A stretch of DNA of 42,729 nucleotides, taken from the IMG/VR virus record IMGVR_UViG_3300044498_000050. One strand, 5' to 3'. Origin of the DNA: a virus. Positions 9,234 through 18,315 of the stretch are shown one piece after another; the first letter of the stretch is position 1, and the number at the start of each line of letters is the position of its first letter. The notes below the pieces were generated by a model. That model searched no databases. It was not told where the DNA came from and saw nothing but the letters and a program-made list of their open reading frames with translations. Position numbers and translations under genes: made by a program.

Positions 9234-9866
9234 ATGCAAATGATCCGTAATCTCGTGGCAGCCGCCGCCCTCTCCGCCCTGGCCGTTGGTTCCGCCTTCG
9301 CCCAGACAGCCGACACCAGCGCATCGAGCGGCTCGCTCTCCACCGTGGCAGGCGCATCGGCCTCGCTGCCGGTGGCTGGCCCGTCTGCCGGCGCAACGCT
9401 GGCGACCTCGACGGCAACCAACACGAGCATCGCCACGGCGAGCCAGACGAGCCCCCTGGGCCCGGACACTGCCAACACGAGCGCAGCAAGCGTCGGCAGC
9501 GACACCACGTTCAGCGTGTCTGTCGGCAACGGTGCCAGCGTGGCAATCGGCGCGCAGCAAGGGTCGGCCGATGCAACCGCATCGAGCAACCCCGGCTTCG
9601 GTGACCAAGCCAACTCGCAGTCCACGGTTGACGTGGGCTCGGGCAGCCTGTCGTCCAGCGGCCCTGGCGCCGGCCTGTCGTTCCACACCAACGTCGTTGG
9701 TGCCGCGACAACCGGTTCTGCCACGGCAACCCCGGGCTCCAGCACCACGACCACGACCAACGCTGTTGGTGCCGCTGCGTCGTTCGGTGTGAACCTGGGC
9801 AACGCCACTGGCGCCGGCCTTGCCGGCTTCACTGGCGGCTCGCTGGCAACTGCCGTCGCTCCGTAA
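9234..9866 (+). CDS. secreted Ala/Ser/Thr/Gly-rich low-complexity protein
   Basis: Sec-type signal peptide MQMIRNLVAAAALSALAVGSAFA-Q. The mature part is almost entirely A/S/T/G/N/V with no Cys. AAGGAAG RBS. Confidence 0.6.
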   Translation: MQMIRNLVAAAALSALAVGSAFAQTADTSASSGSLSTVAGASASLPVAGPSAGATLATSTATNTSIATASQTSPLGPDTANTSAASVGSDTTFSVSVGNGASVAIGAQQGSADATASSNPGFGDQANSQSTVDVGSGSLSSSGPGAGLSFHTNVVGAATTGSATATPGSSTTTTTNAVGAAASFGVNLGNATGAGLAGFTGGSLATAVAP

Positions 9867-9882
9867 GCAGCAGGAAGCCACC

Positions 9883-10545
9883 ATGCACAAGCTCATCATC
9901 GGGCTTGCCATGGTGGCAGCCTTGCCGGTCTGTGCGCAGACGGCCAACCCCGACAGGTCGGCCACAAGCTCATCGTCCAGCGAGACTGCTGCCTACGGCA
10001 ACAACATCACCTTCAACTCAAGCGCTCCCGAAGTGCAGCGCATCGAGACAGTCAACCGCTCCGATGGCACCCAGCGCATCGAGCAATCCGGGGAGACACA
10101 TCAATATGTCGAGTACGGTGGAACCCACCGCATCAAGTCCGCAGCCCAGGCTTACGCTCCGCCAGTGGGCGTCACTTCCCCTTGCGTTATTGGTTCTTCA
10201 GTTGGCATCGCTGGCATGGGCTGGGGCTTCTCTGGTGGCAGTGGTCACAAGGACGACGGCTGCGAACGGCGCGCCGCAGCGGCCTTGATGCATTCCTTCG
10301 GACATGCCGAGGCAGCCAGGGAGGTGCTGTGCGTGGACCCTACGGTGGCTGCGGCCTACGCACGGGCTGGCATGCCCTGCAGGGCTGTACTGTTGAGTCA
10401 GGCGGAGGTGCCTGTATCTTCCCGGACGGGCGCGTCGGTGACGACACCGGTCTGCTACGCGGACAAGAGGGTCGCGAAGCGGGCCGGGATGCCGGTGTGC
10501 CTCAAGACTGGCCCGTCGTATATTGACCCCTCTGCGGCGCCCTGA
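9883..10545 (+). CDS. secreted Cys-containing protein (220 aa)
   Basis: ATG 9883 after AGGAAG. Signal peptide MHKLIIGLAMVAALPVCA-Q. The mature region has a Ser-rich linker followed by seven Cys. Confidence 0.6.
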   Translation: MHKLIIGLAMVAALPVCAQTANPDRSATSSSSSETAAYGNNITFNSSAPEVQRIETVNRSDGTQRIEQSGETHQYVEYGGTHRIKSAAQAYAPPVGVTSPCVIGSSVGIAGMGWGFSGGSGHKDDGCERRAAAALMHSFGHAEAAREVLCVDPTVAAAYARAGMPCRAVLLSQAEVPVSSRTGASVTTPVCYADKRVAKRAGMPVCLKTGPSYIDPSAAP

Positions 10546-10579
10546 ACCCCTTCCTCCCTCCTCGCTGCCGCGAGTTTAA

Positions 10580-10608
10580 ACGGCCCCCTCGGGGGCCGTC
10601 TTCTTTAT
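10580..10608. terminator. bidirectional rho-independent terminator between convergent arms
   Basis: CGGCCCC-CTCG-GGGGCCG hairpin flanked by TTTAAA on one side and TCTTCTTTAT on the other. It sits between the plus-arm stop (10545) and the minus-arm stop (10605). Confidence 0.7.
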
Positions 10609-10709
10609 GGGAGGTTGGCAATCACCAACCAGATCACGCAGGTCCAGAAGGCTGCCAGGACGGCGGCGCAGCAGCGCCACACGAGCGCGCGGAAGTTGTG
10701 GTCGGTCAT
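10605..10709 (-). CDS. 34-aa single-pass membrane peptide
   Basis: MTDHNFRALVWRCCAAVLAAFWTCVIWLVIANLP. The ATG overlaps the upstream stop (ATGA). It is below the track cutoff as a standalone gene and is in frame with track ORF 10605..10865. Confidence 0.4.
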   Translation of the reverse strand: MTDHNFRALVWRCCAAVLAAFWTCVIWLVIANLP

Positions 10710-10873
10710 GCGGCCCCCGGCTCGACTACCGGCGGCACCACCTCCAGCGGGCGCGGCTTCTGCGCCTGCCGCAGCAGTTCCTGGATCAGGTCGTTGACCT
10801 CCGCGAACGGCCGCGTAGCCAGGGTCTGCAGGATCTGGTCGGCCTGCTTCTCCGTGATATTCCATTGGATCAT
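10706..10873 (-). CDS. hypothetical protein (55 aa)
   Basis: Hand-translated as MIQWNITEKQADQILQTLATRPFAEVNDLIQELLRQAQKPRPLEVVPPVVEPGAA. Strong AAGGAGAA RBS 5 nt upstream. Confidence 0.5.
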   Translation of the reverse strand: MIQWNITEKQADQILQTLATRPFAEVNDLIQELLRQAQKPRPLEVVPPVVEPGAA

Positions 10874-10944
10874 TGGGTTCTCCTTAATGCCGCATAACGT
10901 AATTGGCGGAGAACCAGTCTAGCAGGGTCGTGTACCCCAGGGTG

Positions 10945-12045
10945 TCAGAACGTGATACCGGCCTTCGTAGCCATCCACTGTTCCGCCGCCGTCACGTCGC
11001 CAGCGCTGGTCGCGGCGCCACGAATGATCAGACCGTACAGGCGCATCTCGGCCAGGAACTGGGTGCCGCCCCGGCAGCCGACCCAGAACGGATAGCTGCC
11101 GTAGTTGCCGCCACCCTGGTCGAACGTGTTGCTTGCCGTTTGCACGCCGTTGCTGCGTGCGATGTTGATGTCGGACGAGATGTCGGCTTGCCCGGTGATG
11201 ACGTTGGTGGACACGCCGGCCGCCGCCGTGGCTACAGTGACGTTGAAGTTGACCACGTTCCCGCGAGACAGGAACTCGTAGTTGGGCGAGTTGACATCGG
11301 GGTGGTTGAGATAGAAGGAGCCGGCGTTGTTGCCCAGGTTGGCAGACAACTCAAACTGCATCTGGTGGAACGTCTTGTCCGCCATCTTGGTCACGCCGAT
11401 CCACGCCGTGAGCGCATCGGTGGTGGACATGTTCATGTTGGCCGTGGTCACCATCCAGGTGTTCGCCCCGTCGAACTCCAGGTACCGCAGAGCACCGGCC
11501 ACAACGTAAAGCGGACGCGAGAACGTGGTGACCTGGACCAGATGGTTGCCGCGTCCGCTCTTGTCGTTGATGCGCCCCACTGGCTGGCCGCTGGCCGTCA
11601 CCGGCACCGTGCCAGCGCTGTCCTGGAACAGCGTGGTGATGTCGCTCGGATCCCACCAGCCGCCGGCCTCGCCGGCCGCGAACAGTTGCGCTGGGGTGAA
11701 CGCTGGGGCGCCCGTGCTCTGCATGGCTACCCTGCCAGCGGCCGTGATGGGGACTCCGTTGGGCGCGTAGACCACGGCGCTGCCGACCTCACCGACCACG
11801 CGACCGCTCGCGTCCACCGGCACGCCGGCCACCCAGAATGCAGGCGTGCCGCCCACGGCAATGGCGAGCCGGCCGGCGGCGTCGTAGGACAGGCCGGCAT
11901 AGCGGCCCGCCTGGGCGGTGTCGGTGGTGGCGACCTTGCTATCGGCCAGCAGCGGCGTGCCGGCGTTGAAGCTCACGGGCGGGCCCGTGTCCGTCCGCAG
12001 CGCTCCCCCGGGGGCAGCAGCGGCAATCGATCCGTTGAGTGCCAT
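10945..12045 (-). CDS. tail fibre protein 2 (N-terminal anchor plus one LamG/Laminin_G_3-like module)
   Basis: Starts at MALNGS. The first ~110 aa are paralogous to the start of the 1014-aa fibre. The C-terminal module has LEFDGANTWM, ARSNGVQ and MRLYGLIIRG...AEQWMATKAGITF, typical of LamG_3 jelly-roll domains. Confidence 0.7.
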   Translation of the reverse strand: MALNGSIAAAAPGGALRTDTGPPVSFNAGTPLLADSKVATTDTAQAGRYAGLSYDAAGRLAIAVGGTPAFWVAGVPVDASGRVVGEVGSAVVYAPNGVPITAAGRVAMQSTGAPAFTPAQLFAAGEAGGWWDPSDITTLFQDSAGTVPVTASGQPVGRINDKSGRGNHLVQVTTFSRPLYVVAGALRYLEFDGANTWMVTTANMNMSTTDALTAWIGVTKMADKTFHQMQFELSANLGNNAGSFYLNHPDVNSPNYEFLSRGNVVNFNVTVATAAAGVSTNVITGQADISSDINIARSNGVQTASNTFDQGGGNYGSYPFWVGCRGGTQFLAEMRLYGLIIRGAATSAGDVTAAEQWMATKAGITF

Positions 12046-12053
12046 GGCGTGCC

Positions 12054-15000
12054 TCAGGTTGACGTGAACGTGATGCCCGTCTTCTTGGCGAGCCACTGCT
12101 CCATGTCGGCAAGGGTCTGCGCCGTGGTGGCGGCATGCCTGAAGAACAGGCCGTACAGCCTGCCCTTGAAGGGCAGCGTGCTCCCGCCGCGCCGGCCCAT
12201 GTAGACCGGGAACGTGCCGTGCGGGCCGGTGCCCTGGTCGGCCAGTGTCTGCAGTGCCTGGACACCATCCACCCGGATGGCGGAGAAGTCCGAGGAGATG
12301 CCGGCCTGACACTGGACCACGTGCGTGCTGGGATGCGCCACGCCGTCCACGTCGAGCGTGGTGTCCACCGTGCCCTTGGACCGCCAGTAGAACCCGTCCA
12401 GGTCGCCGGGTGGTGCCTGGAGCGCCCAGGTGCCGACGTTGCCCGAGGAGGTTGCACTCAACTCGGCCACGAGGCCGACGCCCGTGTTCGTGTCGGTGAA
12501 CAGACCAGCCCAGAGGTTGATGATGCCGCCGCCCGCACCGAAGTTGGTGGATGCGCTGATCATCCAGTCGTCCACCCCGTCGAACTGGAGGGACCGCAGG
12601 CCACCGGAGTCGATGAAGGTCGGGCGCGAGCCCGCCGTGGCCTGAGTCAGGTGCAGCCCCCGGCCGCTCTTGTCCCTGATCAGTCCGACCGTCTGGCCCG
12701 AGGCCGTGACGGGGGTGGCACCGGCCGTGTCCTGGAACAGGGTGGACATGTCGCTCGGGTCGTACCAAGCCCCAAGCTCACCGACCGTGAACAGGTCGCT
12801 AGGCGTTAGGGAGATGGGAACCCCGGACTTCTCTGCCAGCCACCGTTCGATGTCGATCACGTGCTGCGCCGTGGACGCGAGGTTGCGCACGATGAGGCCG
12901 TACAGCCGGCCGCCGAAGGGCAGCGTGCTGCCGCCGCGCCGACCGACGTAGAACCCGAAGGTGCCGAAGTTGCCCGTGCCCTGGTCGGCTGATGCAGTTC
13001 CGGTCTGCACTCCATTCACACGTGCAATGTTGGTATCGCTCGATATGTCGGACTGCCCGGTGAAGACACTTGTGAACGATCCCGCCGTCACCGTGGACTG
13101 TGCCGTGCTGCCCGTCGCATTGGACCCACGGGAGCGGAAGTCGTAGCGGGCCGTGCTCGCCGGCTCCAGCAGGTAGAACGTGCCGGCGTTGGAGTCGAGG
13201 ATCGTGGAGTGCTCCATCATCATCTGATGGGCTGCCTTCTCCCCAGTCTTGTTGAACCCCAGCCAGACCGTGATGGCATCGCTCGCCGTCAACGACATGG
13301 GGTTGACGAGCATGAAGTCGTCGGTGCCGTCGAAGACCAGATGCGGCTTGCCGTTGGTGTCGATCTGGTAGATGGGCCGGTTGGCGGCCGTGGCCTGGAG
13401 GAGGTGGTTGCCCCGGCCACTCTTGTCATTGATCCTGGCAACCGACTGCCCGACCGTCGTGACAGGCGTCGTAGCGGCCGTGTCCTGGAACATGGTGGAC
13501 AGGTCGCTGGGATCCCACCAGCCGCCAAGCTCGCCGGCTGCGAACAGGTCGGGCGGGGAGATAGCCCCAGACGGCGGTGCCGTAGTGACGGCCTCCGCGA
13601 TGTTGGAGTACGGCCCCAGGTTGGGCACGGCATCCTCGGCACGCACCTGATACCGATAGGTAATGCCGGCCGTGAGCCCGGTGTCCACGAAGGGCGAGGC
13701 AGTGTCGGTACCTATCTGTGCGAAGTTTACACACGCAGCCCCGGTACACCGCTCGACCCTGTAGCCTGCGACTCCGACGTTGTCGGTGGCGGCCGTCCAG
13801 GTCAACGTGATCTGGGTGCCGCTATCAGGCGTCGCCACGAGGGACGTGGGTGCCGTGGGCGCGGTCTGGTCGGGCGTGAGTGCGGTCGCAATGTTGGAGT
13901 ACGGCCCCAGGTTGTTGGCCGCGTCCTGCGCACGGATCTGGTAGCGGTACGTGGTGTTCACCGTCCTGCCGGTGTCCACGTAGGGGCTGGCCGTGTCGGT
14001 GGCGATCTCCGCGAAGCTGGAGCAGGCGACGCCGGTACACCGCTCGATCCTGTACTGGGTGACGGCCACGTTGTCGGTGGCCGCCGTCCACGTCAGCGTG
14101 ATCTGCGTCTCGGAGTCGGGCGTCGCCACCAGGGACGTGGGCGCGGTTGGTGCGGTGTTGTCTGGCGTCGTGGCCGTGGCAATGGCTGAGTAGCCGCTGC
14201 GGTTGTTCGCCGCGTCGCGGGCACGCACCTGATACCGGTAGACCGTGTTGGCCGTCCGCCCGGTGTCGGAATAGTTCGTGACGGCCGGCGTGGCAATCTC
14301 CGCGAAGCTGGAGCACCCCGCGCCCGTGCAACGCTCCAGCAAGTAGGCAGTGACACCCACGTTGTCAGTCGAGCCCGTCCAGGTCAGGTCAACCTGTGTC
14401 TCGTTGACCGGCGTCGCCACGAGATTGCTGGGCGCGGTCGGTGCCGTGTTATCGGGCGTCGAGACTGAAGCGATGTTGCTGTAGCCGCTGAGATTGAGCG
14501 CAGCGTCCTGGGCACGGATCCGGTAGCGGTACGCCGTGGCGGCAGCCAGGGTGGCGTCCACGTAGGGCGATGCGTTGTCGGTGGCAATCTCCGCGAAGTT
14601 GACGCAAGCAGCGCCCGTGCAGCGCTCGATCCGGTACAGGGTAACGCCCACGGCGTCGGTCGAGGCCGTCCAGGTGAGGGTGGCCTGGGTCTCGGAGTTG
14701 GGCGTTGCCAGGAGCCCGGTCGGATCTGTCGGGGCCGTGCTGTCGGGCGGGACACCACCCGCCAAGGCCACGGCCCCCGTGGCCGTGATGGGGATGGCAT
14801 TGGGGGCATAGCGCACGGCCGCCGCGTTGGCGACCACCATGCGCCCCTGCTGGTCGATGGGGATGCCGGCCACGTAGGCCGTGATCGGGCCGGCGGACGA
14901 CTCGGCCAGCCGCCCAGGCGTGTCGTAGGACAGGCCAGCCAGCTTGGACAGGTTGGCCGTGGCCGTGGTGACCGTCAACTGGCGAGCAGCAGTCAGCGGC

Positions 15001-15098
15001 GTGCCGCCGTTGAACCCATCGGGCACGGTCACGTCCTCGACCGCCGCGATGATCTTGCCGGTGGCGTCTACGGTGGCGAGTGACCCGTTGAGCGGCAT
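12054..15098 (-). CDS. tail fibre protein 1 (anchor + 4 FN3 repeats + 2 LamG-like modules), 1014 aa
   Basis: Start MPLNGS at 15098 overlaps the upstream TGA (ATGA). Four ~97-aa repeats of type PDNTAPTAP..L.ATP..ETQ..LTW..STDNVGV..Y..ERC. Then two modules with FDG.DD...W, NGVQ and GRLYGL....A....W. Confidence 0.8.
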   Translation of the reverse strand: MPLNGSLATVDATGKIIAAVEDVTVPDGFNGGTPLTAARQLTVTTATANLSKLAGLSYDTPGRLAESSAGPITAYVAGIPIDQQGRMVVANAAAVRYAPNAIPITATGAVALAGGVPPDSTAPTDPTGLLATPNSETQATLTWTASTDAVGVTLYRIERCTGAACVNFAEIATDNASPYVDATLAAATAYRYRIRAQDAALNLSGYSNIASVSTPDNTAPTAPSNLVATPVNETQVDLTWTGSTDNVGVTAYLLERCTGAGCSSFAEIATPAVTNYSDTGRTANTVYRYQVRARDAANNRSGYSAIATATTPDNTAPTAPTSLVATPDSETQITLTWTAATDNVAVTQYRIERCTGVACSSFAEIATDTASPYVDTGRTVNTTYRYQIRAQDAANNLGPYSNIATALTPDQTAPTAPTSLVATPDSGTQITLTWTAATDNVGVAGYRVERCTGAACVNFAQIGTDTASPFVDTGLTAGITYRYQVRAEDAVPNLGPYSNIAEAVTTAPPSGAISPPDLFAAGELGGWWDPSDLSTMFQDTAATTPVTTVGQSVARINDKSGRGNHLLQATAANRPIYQIDTNGKPHLVFDGTDDFMLVNPMSLTASDAITVWLGFNKTGEKAAHQMMMEHSTILDSNAGTFYLLEPASTARYDFRSRGSNATGSTAQSTVTAGSFTSVFTGQSDISSDTNIARVNGVQTGTASADQGTGNFGTFGFYVGRRGGSTLPFGGRLYGLIVRNLASTAQHVIDIERWLAEKSGVPISLTPSDLFTVGELGAWYDPSDMSTLFQDTAGATPVTASGQTVGLIRDKSGRGLHLTQATAGSRPTFIDSGGLRSLQFDGVDDWMISASTNFGAGGGIINLWAGLFTDTNTGVGLVAELSATSSGNVGTWALQAPPGDLDGFYWRSKGTVDTTLDVDGVAHPSTHVVQCQAGISSDFSAIRVDGVQALQTLADQGTGPHGTFPVYMGRRGGSTLPFKGRLYGLFFRHAATTAQTLADMEQWLAKKTGITFTST
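13583..14747 (-). repeat. four tandem fibronectin-type-III-like coding repeats (~291 nt each; boundaries approximate)
   Basis: Repeat units are visible in the translation (LTWTASTD.., LTWTGSTD.., LTWTAATD.. twice), each with an ERCTGxxC pair of cysteines. Confidence 0.75.
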
Positions 15099-16462
15099 CA
15101 ATGCTCCAGTGCGTTTACACGCTCCCGCAGGCACTGAAGCTCGCGGATCATCAGCGGCACCAGCTTGGCGTTGTCCATGCCCCAAGGCATCGGCCCATCA
15201 GGACTGTCCCAACCGGGCGACACAGCCCCAGGGAAGACACCGTACACGTCCTGGGCGATCAGGCCGACCGGCACGTGGGCGCCATCGAGCTTCCAATCGA
15301 ACGAGACCACGGGGATGTTGTCGATGATCTTGCCCACGTCCTTGACTGGCCTGACGTTCTTCTTCATCCGAGCGTCAGATGAAGTGCTGTAGAACGTGCT
15401 GGTAAGGGTCGGATGGTTGATGTAGCCGGCCACGGTGACGTTGAGGCGGAAGGTCATGCTCGCGCCAGAGTTATCCACTCGCTGCGCCAAGTAGTTCGAT
15501 GAGACATCACCAGCAAGCGTGCCGACGACAGCAAGGCCGTTCCCTCCAGGTCCAACCCAGTTGACGGTGAACTGCGCGGCTGAAGCTGCTCCGTTGACAG
15601 CAACCTTGCCAGTGGACTCGATCCGCATGCGCTCCGACTGGTTGTTGAAGAACAGCATGGGGCTGACAAGCTCATTGACGATAAAGAAGTTATCGTCAGT
15701 GCCGCCGCTGCCGTACCCGATGTAGCCCTTGCGACCACTCGGGTCGAAGAACGACATGTACGCATTGCCGCCACCACGGGCTTGCGTGGACTCCAGGCGC
15801 ATCAACTCGGTTGAAGACCGGACGTGCAACGGCGCGAGCGCTATCGGCGCTGTAGGACCGATACCAACAAAGCCAGTCGGCTGAATGATCAGCCTTCCTG
15901 CGTTGCCCACGAGGAGGTACAGGGGCTGCGCGTCATGCGTCCCCAGGGCCGTGCTGCCACTCGTTGCCGAGAACAGGGCCTTGCGGACACCTCCCACGTA
16001 GAGGTTGATCCACGCCTTGGCAGTGCCGCCAATGTCGATAGTTGTCTCCCCGGCCACGGGAGGCGTGGTCACGGCCATGCCGACGCCGATGCTGCCGCCG
16101 AAGGCCGGCGCGGCAACCGGGCCGGTGATCGTGCCGAGAAGGGTCACATTGCCAAGCGTCGTGCCGTTGGCGTTCCACGTCTGCTGGGCCACCCCCTGGA
16201 TGGACATGCCGATCACGCCCGAAGACTGGCGGAACAACCCGCTGCTCGGCTCGGCAATGAAGGACAGGCTCGGCGCCGCCGCCGATCCGTCGGTCAGCCT
16301 GAAGGGGGCCGTCATGCCGCCCATGCCCGAGCGCGACAGCGAGTCGTCCAGGGTCGCCGCGATGTCGGCCAACGTATCGTTCGCCCACTCCGACTCGATG
16401 ACGGTGTTGGGTTCTACAGGAGGCAGCGGCAGCGTGTAGGCACCGGATACGTTACGAGGCAT
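15098..16462 (-). CDS. tail fibre/spike with C-terminal S74-type intramolecular chaperone domain
   Basis: C-terminal SSDARMKKNVRPV...VVSFDWK...GLIAQDV...L.RVNALEH matches the self-cleaving chaperone (Peptidase_S74) signature S-D-x-R-x-K. GGAG RBS. Confidence 0.8.
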   Translation of the reverse strand: MPRNVSGAYTLPLPPVEPNTVIESEWANDTLADIAATLDDSLSRSGMGGMTAPFRLTDGSAAAPSLSFIAEPSSGLFRQSSGVIGMSIQGVAQQTWNANGTTLGNVTLLGTITGPVAAPAFGGSIGVGMAVTTPPVAGETTIDIGGTAKAWINLYVGGVRKALFSATSGSTALGTHDAQPLYLLVGNAGRLIIQPTGFVGIGPTAPIALAPLHVRSSTELMRLESTQARGGGNAYMSFFDPSGRKGYIGYGSGGTDDNFFIVNELVSPMLFFNNQSERMRIESTGKVAVNGAASAAQFTVNWVGPGGNGLAVVGTLAGDVSSNYLAQRVDNSGASMTFRLNVTVAGYINHPTLTSTFYSTSSDARMKKNVRPVKDVGKIIDNIPVVSFDWKLDGAHVPVGLIAQDVYGVFPGAVSPGWDSPDGPMPWGMDNAKLVPLMIRELQCLRERVNALEH

Positions 16463-16486
16463 AGGGGGACTCCGGTTGCAATATCG

Positions 16487-18313
16487 TCACTGGTTATTCT
16501 CCAGCATGAGCGGCAGCGCCCCGCCGGCCGCGCTCGCACCGGGCAACTGACCCACCGGGCCGCCACGCAGGAGCCGCTGCCGCTCCTGCGCAGTGAGGAA
16601 CTGCCGCAGCGCATCTGGATCCTGGAGCAGCTTGGCAAGCTGACGCTGCGCAGCCTTCTCACCCTTGCGGCCACCCTCCTGCAAGGCGAACCGGGCCAGC
16701 CCCAGGCCGCTGGGCATCAGCGACTCCATGGCCGCCATCTGGGCAAGGTTCGACGCCGTGGTGCTGCCGCCGCCGGCCGTGCTCGTGCGCTGGGAGCGCC
16801 GCAGCACCTCGCCGGCTTCCACGTCCCGCAGCACTCCCTTGAGCACGTCCTCGCTGCTTGTGGACAGAACCTTCTTGCCCTTGCGCGGCCCGCGCTTCAG
16901 TGAGCCGGCTGCAGCTATTGCCTGCTTCAATGCCTGGGGCGTTATGACGGGCACGTCGTCCAGGCCAGCCACGGGCCTGCGCGGCAGGCCTGTGGCTGGA
17001 TCCAGGAACTTGGAGCGGATGTTGATGTCGGCTTTGGCGCCCTCGGCCTTGCCCATCTGCTCGGCGTATTCACGCTTCCACTGGCTGTACTTGCCTTCGG
17101 TGGCATACCTGCCTTTGGTGGCCCTGTCCAGCACCCGGTCCATAGCCTCGGTCAGCGAGCGCACAAACGGCTCGCTGGCCGTGGCCCGCACACCCTCGTC
17201 GCCAATGCCGGGTACGCCCTTCAAGCCGCCGGCCACCGTCTGCTTCATCATGTGCAGCAGCTTCGGGGTGACAACCCCAGCGCCCTTCATCGTCTTCTCG
17301 ATGTAGTCCACGGCGGCCTTCACGGTAGGCTTGCCGTGGTACTCGGCCGTGGTCTTCGTCGTCTGCAGCAAGTCGTGGAACTTGGTCATCTCGTTGTCGA
17401 AGTGCGCCGGCCCGGTCTTCTCGTAGACCCCTTCCACCTTCTTCCCGATATCGTTGGCCTGCCGCAGCAGATTCTCCAGGTCGGCTTCTCCCTGCAGACC
17501 CTCGTCCATGGCACGCCACTGAGCACGCTGCTGGGCCAGATCGTGCGGCATCCACTCCTCGCCGGCCAGCGTGCGCGAGCCGCGCTCCAGCCCAGCCAGC
17601 CTGGGATCCTGGGTGGCGACGGCCGCGCTCGGCCTGCCACCCGCTGCAGTGACCGCAGTATGAGGCGTGTAAACGTCGGCAGGGATGGGCTGATCGCCCA
17701 GTTCCTTGCGCAGCACGCCAGCGGCTTTGCGGGTGCCGACACGCTCGGCAGCGCGCTCGCCCAGGGCACCGGGCAGCGCTGCAGCGGCGCGCTCGCCTGT
17801 CTCGCCCACCGCACGCGCACCCCTGCCGGCCAGTTGCAGCGCCTTCGGGATCGCCCCGCCCAGGGCAGCCCCGCCTGCCCCGAGCGCACCCGCCGTCAGC
17901 CGCTCCTGGGCACCGCCCGGAGTGATGGCGGCGCTGCTGCCGGCGGCCAGGGCAGCCTGGACGCCGATGCCCCCAGGCACGAACGCCAGGGGCGCCAGCA
18001 TGCCGACGTTGCCGACAAGCTCGCCGGCACCAGCCTGCCAGCCCTTGGGCTTCGCCGCGTACTCCTCGGCCTCACGCTTCAACTCGGTGGTGTCGCCGCC
18101 GACCAGTTCCTTGACACCCCGATAGGCTTCCTTGCCGGCATGGGCGATACCACCACCGAACTGCGACCAGCCACCCTCCTCGGGCTCGACTGGGGCAGCA
18201 GGCGCGGCAGGCGCTTCGCCCCGGGAGGCGGACAGCCTGCGCAGGACTTCTTCCTTGCTCGTCCCCTCTGGGACGTTGCGGACGAGAGTGCCATCGGGCA
18301 TGCGGACGTTCAT
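16487..18313 (-). CDS. large internal virion / ejection-type protein (608 aa)
   Basis: Lies between the fibre genes and the other low-complexity virion genes. Contains Gly/Ala-rich hydrophobic segments (GMLAPLAFVPGGIGVQAALAAG). The function is positional inference. Confidence 0.5.
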   Translation of the reverse strand: MNVRMPDGTLVRNVPEGTSKEEVLRRLSASRGEAPAAPAAPVEPEEGGWSQFGGGIAHAGKEAYRGVKELVGGDTTELKREAEEYAAKPKGWQAGAGELVGNVGMLAPLAFVPGGIGVQAALAAGSSAAITPGGAQERLTAGALGAGGAALGGAIPKALQLAGRGARAVGETGERAAAALPGALGERAAERVGTRKAAGVLRKELGDQPIPADVYTPHTAVTAAGGRPSAAVATQDPRLAGLERGSRTLAGEEWMPHDLAQQRAQWRAMDEGLQGEADLENLLRQANDIGKKVEGVYEKTGPAHFDNEMTKFHDLLQTTKTTAEYHGKPTVKAAVDYIEKTMKGAGVVTPKLLHMMKQTVAGGLKGVPGIGDEGVRATASEPFVRSLTEAMDRVLDRATKGRYATEGKYSQWKREYAEQMGKAEGAKADINIRSKFLDPATGLPRRPVAGLDDVPVITPQALKQAIAAAGSLKRGPRKGKKVLSTSSEDVLKGVLRDVEAGEVLRRSQRTSTAGGGSTTASNLAQMAAMESLMPSGLGLARFALQEGGRKGEKAAQRQLAKLLQDPDALRQFLTAQERQRLLRGGPVGQLPGASAAGGALPLMLENNQ

Positions 18314-18315
18314 GG

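Noticed and set aside
10945-15098. A diversity-generating retroelement acting on the fibre genes.
   Set aside because: No reverse transcriptase gene exists anywhere in the genome. The repeated modules differ at all base types, not specifically at adenines of a template repeat. I see no short template/variable repeat pair.
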